Positions 55,350 through 64,000 of a stretch of DNA of 64,000 nucleotides are shown here, piece by piece. The notes below the pieces were generated by a model. The model did no database searches. It worked only from the letters and a program-made list of their open reading frames with translations, and was not told where the DNA came from. Source of the DNA: a virus (lineage: Duplodnaviria; Caudoviricetes). The stretch's first letter is position 1, and each line of letters begins with the position of its first letter. The stretch lies in the IMG/VR virus record IMGVR_UViG_3300036820_000017, positions 1,491 through 65,490 of that record, one strand, 5' to 3'. The position numbers and the translations under genes are program-made.

Positions 55350-55630
55350 GCGCCCATCTGCACCTGGTCGGCGTCGAGGAGGCTCGTGGTGGCCTCTCCT
55401 CCTACCTCACTGCCACGAGCCTTCTGGGCGCCGCCGATGTGCCCCCACAGGCCTCCCGAGCCCAGCGCCCCTTGGCTCGGGAGGCCGCCCCTCTTTGCGA
55501 CCGCTGCGGCGTGGTGTTCGCCGTCGACGGGGCGCTGTGCGAATGCTGCCGCGACCGATGGCTTGACGCGCGTGCTGAGCATGCGGCGCTGGTCAACACT
55601 GAGCAGGACGGAGACCCGCAATGGCTGTGA
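55346..55630 (+). CDS. zinc-finger-like hypothetical protein
   Basis: CDRCG...LCECC. Confidence 0.55.
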   Translation: MSAHLHLVGVEEARGGLSSYLTATSLLGAADVPPQASRAQRPLAREAAPLCDRCGVVFAVDGALCECCRDRWLDARAEHAALVNTEQDGDPQWL

Positions 55631-55806
55631 CGACGAGTGCTGTTGTCGCGCTCGCGGCCTGGGGCCTGTTCGCGCTGTTCGTGGTCCTGTCGCTGACGCG
55701 CGACCTGGTGCGGTGGTGGCGCGGCCGTCGGACCGCCCATCTTGACGCGGCGCTGAAGGCGTTCATGGCTGACGATCCGACGCCCGCGGGACGACGGCAC
55801 CGATGA
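55621..55806 (+). CDS. small membrane protein
   Basis: TM segment. Confidence 0.5.
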   Translation: MAVTTSAVVALAAWGLFALFVVLSLTRDLVRWWRGRRTAHLDAALKAFMADDPTPAGRRHR

Positions 55807-55962
55807 TCGCCCCGTGGATCGTCCCGGCCGCGCTCGCTGGCTACCTGCTGGTCGGCCTGACCGCCGCGCGGCTGCTCGGACTGACCGTGTCCTTGCCCCA
55901 TAAAGACGCGGGCGCGCCGCTCGACACGGCCGCCCGCATGTCCCATCCGAGAGGTGACTCGA

Positions 55963-56319
55963 ATGAGCACGCAGGATTTTGACGCACGCAGCGGCAGCCA
56001 GCCAGCGATCACGATCGGATTCGTGCTCGCGGCGCCTCCCGCGGGCCTGGCCGCGGCTGCGCGCGAGGCGCAGACCGCACTCAACAACGGGTGGGCTGAA
56101 GCCCGCTACGACAACGAGGCGCGCGAATACGACACCCCGCCGCCCAGGCTGACCAACAGCGAACTCGCGGACCTCGCGATGGAGCGCATCGCCCGCGATC
56201 GGGATCAGCCCGAACGGCGCGCACCCCGGATCCACTGCCATCGCTGCGGCGACAGCGGCGTCATCCGCGACCAGTACGGCTGGGATGCCTGCCCCGACTG
56301 CGAAGGAGACCGGCGATGA
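55963..56319 (+). CDS. hypothetical protein with CxxC pairs
   Basis: SD GAGGTGA; CHRCGDSG...CPDC. Confidence 0.6.
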   Translation: MSTQDFDARSGSQPAITIGFVLAAPPAGLAAAAREAQTALNNGWAEARYDNEAREYDTPPPRLTNSELADLAMERIARDRDQPERRAPRIHCHRCGDSGVIRDQYGWDACPDCEGDRR

Positions 56320-56579
56320 CGCTGCTCCCGTTCAACGAGGACCAGGTCCGGGCCCTCCACATCCTCGCCATCAAGGGCTACCGGCTGACGATCGTCCACA
56401 GGCACGCTGACGGCCAACAGCTGATCCTCGCTGGGCGTGACATCAGCGACGCCCGGCTGATCGGAGCTATGGACGCGCACGGCGGGTTCGGCGGCGAGCT
56501 CCCCGATCACAAGCCGATGAAGGTCGTCGTGGGTGCCCCTCCCGCCGAGCCGACGCTCCGGGAGGTCGCGCCATGGTGA
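56316..56579 (+). CDS. hypothetical protein
   Basis: coupled ORF. Confidence 0.6.
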   Translation: MTLLPFNEDQVRALHILAIKGYRLTIVHRHADGQQLILAGRDISDARLIGAMDAHGGFGGELPDHKPMKVVVGAPPAEPTLREVAPW

Positions 56580-56788
56580 CCACGACCCGTCCCCGGCTGC
56601 GCGACCACCTGCACATCGGCGCTCGCGTCTTCAACGTGCACCAGTTGCGCGTCTACCGGATCGCCGCGCTGTACGACGAAGATCGCACCGCGCAGATCAC
56701 CAGGGACCACGGCCGGTACACGGTCACCTACGGCGACCTGTACCGCCATTTCCGGATCGTCCAACCGTACGCCGGAAGTGTGCGATGA
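56573..56788 (+). CDS. hypothetical protein
   Basis: SD GGGAGGT. Confidence 0.55.
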   Translation: MVTTTRPRLRDHLHIGARVFNVHQLRVYRIAALYDEDRTAQITRDHGRYTVTYGDLYRHFRIVQPYAGSVR

Positions 56789-57672
56789 CTACCGCTCGGA
56801 CGAGCCAGCGCGGAACGGCCACGAACGGCCACCCGCCGGCGGCAGACGCGTTCCCGCTTGACACCTTCCGCGAGGCGGCGCTCCACCTGCGCCGCCCCTT
56901 CACCACCGAGGCGGTCAAGTTCAAGGTGCAGGCTACGTGGCCCAAGGACAACCCGACCGCCGGTCTGGTCGTCTGCTACATCGACGCGCGCCTAGTCGTC
57001 GAGCGGCTGAACCTGATCATCCCGGACCGGTGGGCCGATGCCTACGAGCCGGTCGGTAAGGACCTGCTCTGCCACCTGACGGTCGACGGGATTACCCGCA
57101 CCGACATCGGCCAAGGAACCGGGAAGGGCCTCTATTCCGACGCGCTCAAGCGCGCTGCGGTCAAGTTCGGCATCGGCGTCTCGCTCTACGCCACCCCGAA
57201 GATGATCGTCAAGGTCGACGCTGGCCAAGCCAAGCAGCGCCGCAACCGTGACGGGCTGACGCTGGAGGTCACGCCCAACGGCGAGAAGCACGTTCGAGAT
57301 CTCTACGCCGCGTGGCTTGACGTGCGCGGCCAGCAGGCGTTCGGGTTGCCGCTGGATCACGGCGACGTGGAGGGCGCGCAGGGCGACGCCGAAGTGGAAG
57401 ACGCGCCCGAACCCGAGCCGACGCACGCCACTCCGGTCGCGCCGCCTCCCGAGCCGCTTCCGGCGAGCGTGGTGGCCGAACTCCAGGCGGCGCGCAAGGA
57501 CGCGCAGGTCGACGAGGGATGGCTGCGGATGCAACTGATCGCCGTCGGTGTCGATGACGTGCCCGACCGGATCACGCTGCCGGTGATCACCCGGCTGACT
57601 CCGTCGCAGGCCAACGACTTGCTCGACGCGCTCAACCAGGTCATCGAGGCGAGGGCGACGGGCGAGTCATGA
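56785..57672 (+). CDS. Rad52/Sak-like single-strand annealing protein
   Basis: YIDARLVVERLN; KGLYSDALKRAAVKFGIG..LY. Confidence 0.88.
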   Translation: MTTARTSQRGTATNGHPPAADAFPLDTFREAALHLRRPFTTEAVKFKVQATWPKDNPTAGLVVCYIDARLVVERLNLIIPDRWADAYEPVGKDLLCHLTVDGITRTDIGQGTGKGLYSDALKRAAVKFGIGVSLYATPKMIVKVDAGQAKQRRNRDGLTLEVTPNGEKHVRDLYAAWLDVRGQQAFGLPLDHGDVEGAQGDAEVEDAPEPEPTHATPVAPPPEPLPASVVAELQAARKDAQVDEGWLRMQLIAVGVDDVPDRITLPVITRLTPSQANDLLDALNQVIEARATGES

Positions 57673-58580
57673 CCGAGAACGTCCAAACGCTCCCAGAGTT
57701 CACGCCCGGCGCGATGGGCATCATCAAGACGCGGCTGCTGCCCGGCGGCTACCAGGTCGACTTCGAGTTCGCGCCGGCTGGGTTCCTCAAGAAGGACGGC
57801 GAGCCGCGCCGCGCCGACTGGCGCGCCTACTACCTCAGCGTCCCCGCCACGCCGACCGAGAAGCGCGCCCGAGTCGAGTCGGTCACCACGATCTGCGACC
57901 GCATCCTGCCCAAGGACGGCCTGCCGCCCTGGTCAGAGCGGATGGGCATCACCGGCACGCTCGAAGCGTTCCGCCGCGGGCTGCTGACCGCGCACTCCAC
58001 GCCCGAGGAGGCGGTCCAGGTCGTGCGCTCCAACAAGCTCGGCGCCGACCGCGCCCGCGACGAAGCCGCCGACCGCGGGCTGAACGTCCACGCGATCCTC
58101 GAGGACTACATGGCCCACGGTCGGGCGCCGAACCCGGCCGACCACCCGGAGCCGCACCGGCCATTCATCCGCGGCCTCGTGAAGTGGCTGTTGTGGGCCG
58201 ACCCCGAGCCGGTCGCCGTTGAGATGCTCGTCGCCGACCCCGAGCGCGGGTACGCCGGCCGCCTGGACCTGCTGGCCAACACGCGCGCCGGCCTGACTCT
58301 GGTAGACCTCAAGACCCAGGAGAACGGCGCGATCTACGAGGCCGCGCACGTCCAGGCTCGGCTGTACCGCGACGCCGAGGAACGCTTCGGCGAGCACCGC
58401 ATCCAGCACGGCCTCGTCGTCGTTGTCGACGGCTACGGCGGCTTCCGCGAGATGGACCTCGCAGCCGACGCCGAGCTCTCGACGCACGCCCTGGACTTCT
58501 ACCGGCGCGTCAAACCGCTCAGCGCCGGCTGTGACTCCCAGAACCGCGCGATCCGTCAGGCCCTCAAGGCGGCGGCGTGA
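57669..58580 (+). CDS. PD-(D/E)XK exonuclease
   Basis: SVTT, RGLNVH, YAGRLDL, VDLKT, Q...Y. Confidence 0.85.
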   Translation: MTENVQTLPEFTPGAMGIIKTRLLPGGYQVDFEFAPAGFLKKDGEPRRADWRAYYLSVPATPTEKRARVESVTTICDRILPKDGLPPWSERMGITGTLEAFRRGLLTAHSTPEEAVQVVRSNKLGADRARDEAADRGLNVHAILEDYMAHGRAPNPADHPEPHRPFIRGLVKWLLWADPEPVAVEMLVADPERGYAGRLDLLANTRAGLTLVDLKTQENGAIYEAAHVQARLYRDAEERFGEHRIQHGLVVVVDGYGGFREMDLAADAELSTHALDFYRRVKPLSAGCDSQNRAIRQALKAAA

Positions 58581-58969
58581 ACCCCAACCAGGAGGCCCCG
58601 ATGGCAACCACCACCAATGAGACGACCGTCAGCATCGAATACGACGGCAAGAAGACCGAGCCCGTGACGCTCAGCGAGTTCGAGCGCCGCACCGACCAGG
58701 CCATCGATCGTCTCCGCGGCGAGCAACTCAGCTTCGACACCGGCGCTGGGTTCAAAGCCGCGCCCGACTTCGCGACCCTGAAGATCGCCGGCCAGTTCGG
58801 CGTCGAGCGAGACCTTCGCTACAAGGAGGCGGTCACGATCACGGTCACCGACGCGAACGGCGAGCTGCTCACGACGAGTCCGGCCACGATCGGCTGGCCC
58901 TCGTTCAAAGACAAGACCACCGGTGAACTCACGTTCACCGAGCGCGCGCACACCGCGACGATCGACTGA
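58577..58969 (+). CDS. hypothetical protein
   Basis: SD AGGAGG before ATG 58601. Confidence 0.65.
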   Translation: MNPNQEAPMATTTNETTVSIEYDGKKTEPVTLSEFERRTDQAIDRLRGEQLSFDTGAGFKAAPDFATLKIAGQFGVERDLRYKEAVTITVTDANGELLTTSPATIGWPSFKDKTTGELTFTERAHTATID

Positions 58970-58970
58970 C

Positions 58971-59570
58971 GTGGCTGTCGTCCCGCCAACGGCCGCACGG
59001 CCCTACAGCCGCTCACGGCGATGCTCTATTGACGGCTGCGGGCGCAAGCACTACGGCCAGGGCTACTGCCAAATGCATCTTGCGCGTCTCCGTCGGCACG
59101 GTGACCCAGTCAACGGTTTCGCGCCTAGGGCGCCCGTTGAGGAACGCTTTTGGGCCAAGGTAGAACGCTCGGGCCCAGTGCCGGAGCACGCACCGCATCT
59201 AGGGCCCTGCTGGCTTTGGACCGGAGCGCTAATCAGCACCGGCTACGGTCATCTGAGCCTCGGCGCCCGCCGCTTCTCGCTAGCGCATCGCTACTCCTAC
59301 GAGTTGCATGTCGGACCAATTCCGGAAGGGTTGACGATCGATCATCTCTGCCGAGCCATCCGCTGCGTCAACCCCGCTCATCTGGAGCCGGTCACCAATG
59401 CGGAGAACATCCGCCGGGCAGCGCTGGCTAATGCTCGGTCGCACTGTCCACACGGTCACGAGTACACGCCCGAGAACAGCTACTTCGACCCGAAGGGTGG
59501 ACGCCGCTGCCGCGAATGCCAGCGACTGGCGCAACGCGAGCGTTACCGGGAGAGGCTGGTGCTGCGGTGA
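58971..59570 (+). CDS. HNH homing endonuclease
   Basis: IDHLCRAIRCVNPAHLEPVT; SHCPHGH. Confidence 0.9.
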   Translation: MAVVPPTAARPYSRSRRCSIDGCGRKHYGQGYCQMHLARLRRHGDPVNGFAPRAPVEERFWAKVERSGPVPEHAPHLGPCWLWTGALISTGYGHLSLGARRFSLAHRYSYELHVGPIPEGLTIDHLCRAIRCVNPAHLEPVTNAENIRRAALANARSHCPHGHEYTPENSYFDPKGGRRCRECQRLAQRERYRERLVLR

Positions 59571-59941
59571 GCGTTCCACCCGCAGTGATTCATGTGTCGG
59601 AGGCGGCTCTCCAACGCGCGGTGGTTGACTTGGCTCGCACGCTGGGCTGGCGCTGTGCCCATTTCTCAGACTCCCGCAAGCAGGTGCGCGGTGGACGCCT
59701 AGTCGGCGATCGTGGCGCCGCGGGTGTGCCAGACCTGCTCTGCGTCCGAGGTAGCCGCCTCCTGTTCCTCGAACTCAAGACCGAGAAGGGGAAGCTACGC
59801 CCGGCGCAGGAGGACTGGCTGGCCGACCTGCAGGAGGTCGAGAGCGACGCCGCAGGACGCCTCGTCGTGCGCGTGCTCAGGCCCTCGGACTGGGACTCAG
59901 GCGTCATCGCCCGGCTGCTCGCACGGAGGGTCGAACGGTGA
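59567..59941 (+). CDS. VRR-NUC nuclease
   Basis: SEAALQ...GVPDL...FLELK...Q..W. Confidence 0.85.
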   Translation: MSVPPAVIHVSEAALQRAVVDLARTLGWRCAHFSDSRKQVRGGRLVGDRGAAGVPDLLCVRGSRLLFLELKTEKGKLRPAQEDWLADLQEVESDAAGRLVVRVLRPSDWDSGVIARLLARRVER

Positions 59942-60138
59942 CCGACCATGCGACATGTCCGGCGACCGGGAAGCGTCGCTACCTGACCATGGAGAGCGCC
60001 GAGCACATGCTCGCGCACCTCATCCTCCACACGCTCAGCCAGCGCCCCTGCCGCGCGTACGAGTGCCAATTCTGCGGCGGCTGGCATCTCACCAGCAAAC
60101 AGCGCCACAAGCCCTACGTCCCGAAGGTGACCGCATGA
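59938..60138 (+). CDS. zinc-finger protein
   Basis: CP.TGKRRY...RAYEC.FC.GWHLTS. Confidence 0.7.
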   Translation: MTDHATCPATGKRRYLTMESAEHMLAHLILHTLSQRPCRAYECQFCGGWHLTSKQRHKPYVPKVTA

Positions 60139-60154
60139 CGAGCCTCTCCGCATC

Positions 60155-60928
60155 GTGAGCACGATCGAGTTCGACAACCGCGCGCCCGAGAACATCAAGA
60201 TCGTCGTGGTCTCCGACCGCGCGTTCCGGCTGTGGTTCAACGCCTGCTGCTACTGCAACCGCAACCTGACCGACGGCCGCGTGCCCGCCGCGCTAATCCA
60301 AGGTCTTAGCGTCACCGCAACCAAGCGGACCGTCGGCGAACTACTCAACGCAAGCCTGCTCGAACGCCTCGACGGTGACACCTTTCTAGTGCACGACTAC
60401 CTCGACCACAACCCATCCCGAGCTGATGTCGAGGAGGAGCGCCGACGCAGCCGCGAGCGCACAGCGAAGTGGCGTTCGGGCCAGGATGTGACACGTCACC
60501 AACGCATCACGAACGGCATACGTGACGCACACGTAACAATCGCAGACAAAGAAGAGAGTCGTACTACAGAGATAGATAGAGCTACAGAAAAGACTCTCCT
60601 CGTCTGCGATTCGCTTGCGGCTCAGATCCTTGACCGTGACCCGCAGGCCAGTGTGGCGCCACGCAACGACCGGTGGCTGCGGGAAGCGCGGCTGTTGCTC
60701 GAACGCGATCAGCGTGACCCCGAGCTTGTCATGCAGGTGCTGGCGTGGTTGAAGACGGACACGTTCTGGTCGACGGTCATCCTGTCGACACCGAAGCTGC
60801 GTGAGAAATTCACTCAGCTTGTCGCGAAAATGCGCGCCGCTGAAGGCAACGGGACCGTCGGTCTTGGTGGACGCCGTGAGACGCCGAGCGATCTTCTGCG
60901 AGCGATGCGAGGGGACGCGGCGGCATGA
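60155..60928 (+). CDS. replication initiator-like protein
   Basis: YC..NLTDG, VHDYLDHN, FWSTVILS..KLREKF.QL. Confidence 0.75.
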   Translation: MSTIEFDNRAPENIKIVVVSDRAFRLWFNACCYCNRNLTDGRVPAALIQGLSVTATKRTVGELLNASLLERLDGDTFLVHDYLDHNPSRADVEEERRRSRERTAKWRSGQDVTRHQRITNGIRDAHVTIADKEESRTTEIDRATEKTLLVCDSLAAQILDRDPQASVAPRNDRWLREARLLLERDQRDPELVMQVLAWLKTDTFWSTVILSTPKLREKFTQLVAKMRAAEGNGTVGLGGRRETPSDLLRAMRGDAAA

Positions 60929-61572
60929 CTTGGACTCCGGAAGAGCAACGCGAGATAGGGACAGCGTTCCTGGGTTCGTGGCCGGGGACGATGACGGCGT
61001 GGGGCAAGGAGGCGATCGCTGCCTATATCGGCGAGCTTGAGGCGCGCGGCCTAGAAGCGCGGGAGGTGCTGGTCGCGGTTCGTACGTGGCCCGCGGGGAG
61101 CGACTTCCCTCCATCGGCACCGAACCTCGCGGCTGCTGCGCGACGCGATCCGAGCAAGCCGACGTTCGATGAGGCGATCGGTCTTATCCGCGCTGCGCTC
61201 CGGGCGTGGAACCGGCCGCTGACCGGCAACTTCGCGAACGAGGCTGAGATGCTCAAGGCCCGGGCGCAGCAGGTCACCAACCGCACCCGCGACGTGCACC
61301 CACTCGTCGCGGCGTTCATCCATCGCCGCGGGATTGAGCAACTGCAGAAGGACATCGCCGAGCTGGGTGACGACGAGTGGGGCGGCGCGCGCCGGGCGGA
61401 ACTGCGCAAGGCGTGGGAGGAGCACTGCGAGGCATTCGATGGCCGCGAGGCGGCGGCCCTGGTGGCAGGCCGGCGCGGCCAGTTGGGCCAGTTCGACCCG
61501 CTGGCCGTGTTGAACATCAAGCCGGAGCGGGCGCTTCCGTCCGGCGGACCTACTGAAGGAGTTCCAGCATGA
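60925..61572 (+). CDS. helicase loader-like protein
   Basis: follows the initiator; FPPS motif. Confidence 0.5.
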   Translation: MTWTPEEQREIGTAFLGSWPGTMTAWGKEAIAAYIGELEARGLEAREVLVAVRTWPAGSDFPPSAPNLAAAARRDPSKPTFDEAIGLIRAALRAWNRPLTGNFANEAEMLKARAQQVTNRTRDVHPLVAAFIHRRGIEQLQKDIAELGDDEWGGARRAELRKAWEEHCEAFDGREAAALVAGRRGQLGQFDPLAVLNIKPERALPSGGPTEGVPA

Positions 61573-61934
61573 GCGCGACGTTGACCCGTCCCCCCGATGA
61601 TCTTCGGACGCTGCCGCACGCGGCGCCGGAGCGTTCGCTTGAGCAGCGTCAGGCGGCGTTGGCGCATGCCAACGAGGTCCGCTGCCAGCGAGCGCGGCTC
61701 AAGCGTGACCTGAAGGCCGGGCGGCAGTGTGTTCTGGATCTGGTGTGCGATCCGCCGGAGTGGGCGGCGAACATGAAGCTGATCGATCTCCTGATCGCTG
61801 TCCCGAAGTTCGGTTCGGTCAAGGTTCACAACGTGCTGCGGCGCTGTCAGATCTCGCCGAGCAAGACGCTCGGTGGGATGAGTCAACGGCAGCGTGACGA
61901 GCTCGTCGGCCTGCTCATCTGGAGGCTCGGATGA
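61569..61934 (+). CDS. mihF: actinobacterial integration host factor
   Basis: QR..AL..AN.VR..RA.LK..LK.G...LL.AVP..G.VK...ISPS...GG...RQR. Confidence 0.88.
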   Translation: MSATLTRPPDDLRTLPHAAPERSLEQRQAALAHANEVRCQRARLKRDLKAGRQCVLDLVCDPPEWAANMKLIDLLIAVPKFGSVKVHNVLRRCQISPSKTLGGMSQRQRDELVGLLIWRLG

Positions 61935-62728
61935 CGCCAGGGCAGCTATCGCTGCTGCTCGGTCCGGCCGAGCTCGAGCCGGTGCCGTGGGGTCCGTCAC
62001 GCCGGTTGCCGCTGCTGCGGGTCGTCCCGTCGTGCGAGACGCACTCTCACGCTGTCGCGGAGCCGTCGGGCCGCCGCGTCTCCAGGGTCTGTCAGCCGGG
62101 CTACCACAAGGGCCGCAAGCCGGGGAACGCCGGCAACACCTATCCGCCCGAGCCGGTCACCGTCAAGGATGTGCAGCGGCTGCTCGCCGCCACCGGCCAC
62201 GGTTACGCCGGCACCCGCGACCGAGCGCTGTACACGTTCCTGTGGGGCACCGGCGCGCGGATCGCCGAGACGCTCGACCTGCTGCCGCCCGAGATCGACC
62301 TTGAGGAGCGGACGGTCACGATCCTGCGCGGGAAGGGCGGGAAGCGTCGCACCGTTGGCCTGAGCACGCAGACGATCGAGGAGCTTGAGCGGTGGTTTGA
62401 CCGCCGCGCCGATCTCGGGCTGACGGACGCGCACCCAGTCTTCCCGGTCATCAGCCAGCCGACGGTCGGCAAGCGCCTGTACGCGTCGTGTGTCCGGGAG
62501 CAGTTGCGGGACTGCGCCAAGCGCGCGGGCATCCGCAAGCGGATCACTCCGCACTGTTTTCGCCATGGCATGGCGGTCGACCTGGTCCGGCGTGGCATCC
62601 CGATCAACGTGATCTCGAAGTGCCTCGGTCACAGCAACAGCGCGATCACCGCCCGGTACATCGACCACGTCGACAACGAAGAGGCACTGGACGCGATGCG
62701 TGACCGAGTGTGGCTGGTGGCGGCATGA
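61931..62728 (+). CDS. tyrosine recombinase, catalytic-domain type
   Basis: GARIAE, GKGGK, HCFRH, LGH, TARY. Confidence 0.9.
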   Translation: MTPGQLSLLLGPAELEPVPWGPSRRLPLLRVVPSCETHSHAVAEPSGRRVSRVCQPGYHKGRKPGNAGNTYPPEPVTVKDVQRLLAATGHGYAGTRDRALYTFLWGTGARIAETLDLLPPEIDLEERTVTILRGKGGKRRTVGLSTQTIEELERWFDRRADLGLTDAHPVFPVISQPTVGKRLYASCVREQLRDCAKRAGIRKRITPHCFRHGMAVDLVRRGIPINVISKCLGHSNSAITARYIDHVDNEEALDAMRDRVWLVAA

Positions 62729-63123
62729 GGGGAACGACGGTGCGATCACCTTTGAAGGTCGCCGAGGCCGTGAGGCTGCGCGCGCAAGGCTTGACCTATC
62801 GTGCGATTGGCGAGCGCCTGAGCGTCAACTGCAGAACAGCCCACGAATGGGTCACCGACCCCGACGGAGCTAGGCGCGATCAGCGCAAGGCTTCTTACTG
62901 CGGCGAATGCATCGTCTGCGGAGGGCCGACCAATCCCTCCAACGTGCACCGACTGGCGGCACACGACTGGATCGTTGAGCAGCTGCAAGCGGGCGCATCT
63001 ACCCGTGAGATCGCCGACGCGCTCGGCATCACTCCGGGAGGTGTTCACGTCCGTATGCGCTACTGGGGGGCGCGAGTTGAAGAGGTGCGTGCTGGCGTCC
63101 ATCCGCGGAGACGTGCGGCATGA
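62725..63123 (+). CDS. double-HTH protein with central CxxC
   Basis: GLTYRAIGERL and GASTREIADALGIT. Confidence 0.7.
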   Translation: MRGTTVRSPLKVAEAVRLRAQGLTYRAIGERLSVNCRTAHEWVTDPDGARRDQRKASYCGECIVCGGPTNPSNVHRLAAHDWIVEQLQAGASTREIADALGITPGGVHVRMRYWGARVEEVRAGVHPRRRAA

Positions 63124-63154
63124 CTTCGATCCGTGTGGAGATTTGGAGCGAGAT

Positions 63155-63334
63155 ATGAGCGCTCAAAGCAGCGGAATCCAGCGCCAGAACGCCAAGGGCA
63201 AATGGGTGCCCGACACGCCCGTCCCGTTCTACGAGAAGCGGCCGTTCCGGAAGCCCCGCTACCTCTGTCAGTGCGGCGCAGCGTTCAAGAGCGAGCATCG
63301 CTACAACGAGCATTGGCAGGTCAACCACCGATGA
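63155..63334 (+). CDS. C2H2-like small protein
   Basis: CQCG..F.....Y..H...H. Confidence 0.5.
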   Translation: MSAQSSGIQRQNAKGKWVPDTPVPFYEKRPFRKPRYLCQCGAAFKSEHRYNEHWQVNHR

Positions 63335-63579
63335 GGTTCGCCTACGCCGACCCGGTGTACCTCGGTTGCTCTCGGCTCTATCCCGAGCACGCGGAGTCCT
63401 ACGTCTGGGACGACCCCGAGACGCATCGCGATCTCGTCACGCAGCTCGTAGCGGGGTACCCGGACGGCTGGGCGATGTCGCTGTCGATGCCGTCGCTGCG
63501 GACCATCCTGCCGATGTGCCCCGAAGACGCACGAGTCGGCTCATGGGTGAAGACGTTCTGCGATCGAAGGAGATACTGA
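63331..63579 (+). pseudogene. truncated DNA methyltransferase-like gene
   Basis: FAYADPVY (DPPY-like); stops after 82 aa with no SAM-binding motif. Confidence 0.55.
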
Positions 63580-63881
63580 TGGCTGTCTACATCGACAGTG
63601 CGTTCACCGAGGGCGACTGGGGCAAATGGAACGGCGGCGGTCACCTCCAAGCCGACACGACCGAGGAGCTGCACGAGTTCGCTGCCAAGCTCGGTCTCAA
63701 GCGCTCGTGGGCGCAGCTTCGCCCCAAGCGGCCGGAGATGGATCACTACGACTGCACCCGCTCCAAGCGTGAGCTGGCCCTCAAACTCGGCGCTGTCGAC
63801 GAGGACATGCGCGGGTCCGCTCGTCGGACGATCGCCCGGATGGAGCGACGGAAGGCTGAGGAGGCGAGCGTAGGTGCTTAG
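63579..63881 (+). CDS. DUF4031-like protein
   Basis: VYID...HL.ADT.EELH.FA.KLGLKRSW.Q...HYD...R..A...GA. Confidence 0.8.
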   Translation: MAVYIDSAFTEGDWGKWNGGGHLQADTTEELHEFAAKLGLKRSWAQLRPKRPEMDHYDCTRSKRELALKLGAVDEDMRGSARRTIARMERRKAEEASVGA

Positions 63882-64000
63882 GACCCAATCCACGGCTGAG
63901 GTCGTGCCCGGGATGAGTCAGGCGGCAATGGAGCATCTCGGGATGCTGACCCTACATCGGCCCGACCTCGACGAGCTCCGGGTTGTCATCACTCCGAACC

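Noticed and set aside
1-64000. CRISPR array or diversity-generating retroelement
   Set aside because: No regularly spaced repeat-spacer array, no reverse transcriptase and no TR/VR pair seen

Overview
The window looks like most or all of a GC-rich temperate siphovirus genome of an actinobacterium. The mIHF and FliA/WhiG-type sigma homologues suggest, by inference, a Thermoleophilia/Solirubrobacterales-like host. Gene order: small early genes and a SpoU RNA methyltransferase; excisionase, integrase and an intact attP (tRNA-Pro-like core flanked by arm sites, so the genome is in the excised form); a regulatory block with a second tyrosine recombinase and two sigma-like genes; terminase (large subunit split by an HNH gene); portal/head-morphogenesis fusion; a fibre/glycan-hydrolase block; an XkdF-type protease; a glycosylation cassette; scaffold and capsid; non-contractile tail with a 2130-aa tape measure; lysis genes; repressor/Cro switch; recombination and replication genes; mIHF and a third tyrosine recombinase. 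The most unusual observations are: (1) a small gene between terminase and portal made of tape-measure motifs; (2) two antisense tRNA or tRNA-like RNAs inside the late operon, one with a large D-loop insertion and a collapsed anticodon loop; (3) a major capsid gene whose apparent start is ACG; (4) a repeated GCGCCGATA promoter-like box with phage sigma-28 and a region-4-less sigma; (5) split terminase and split prohead protease; (6) a shared two-hairpin leader on inserted genes. All calls come from reading motifs by eye; no database search or folding program was run.
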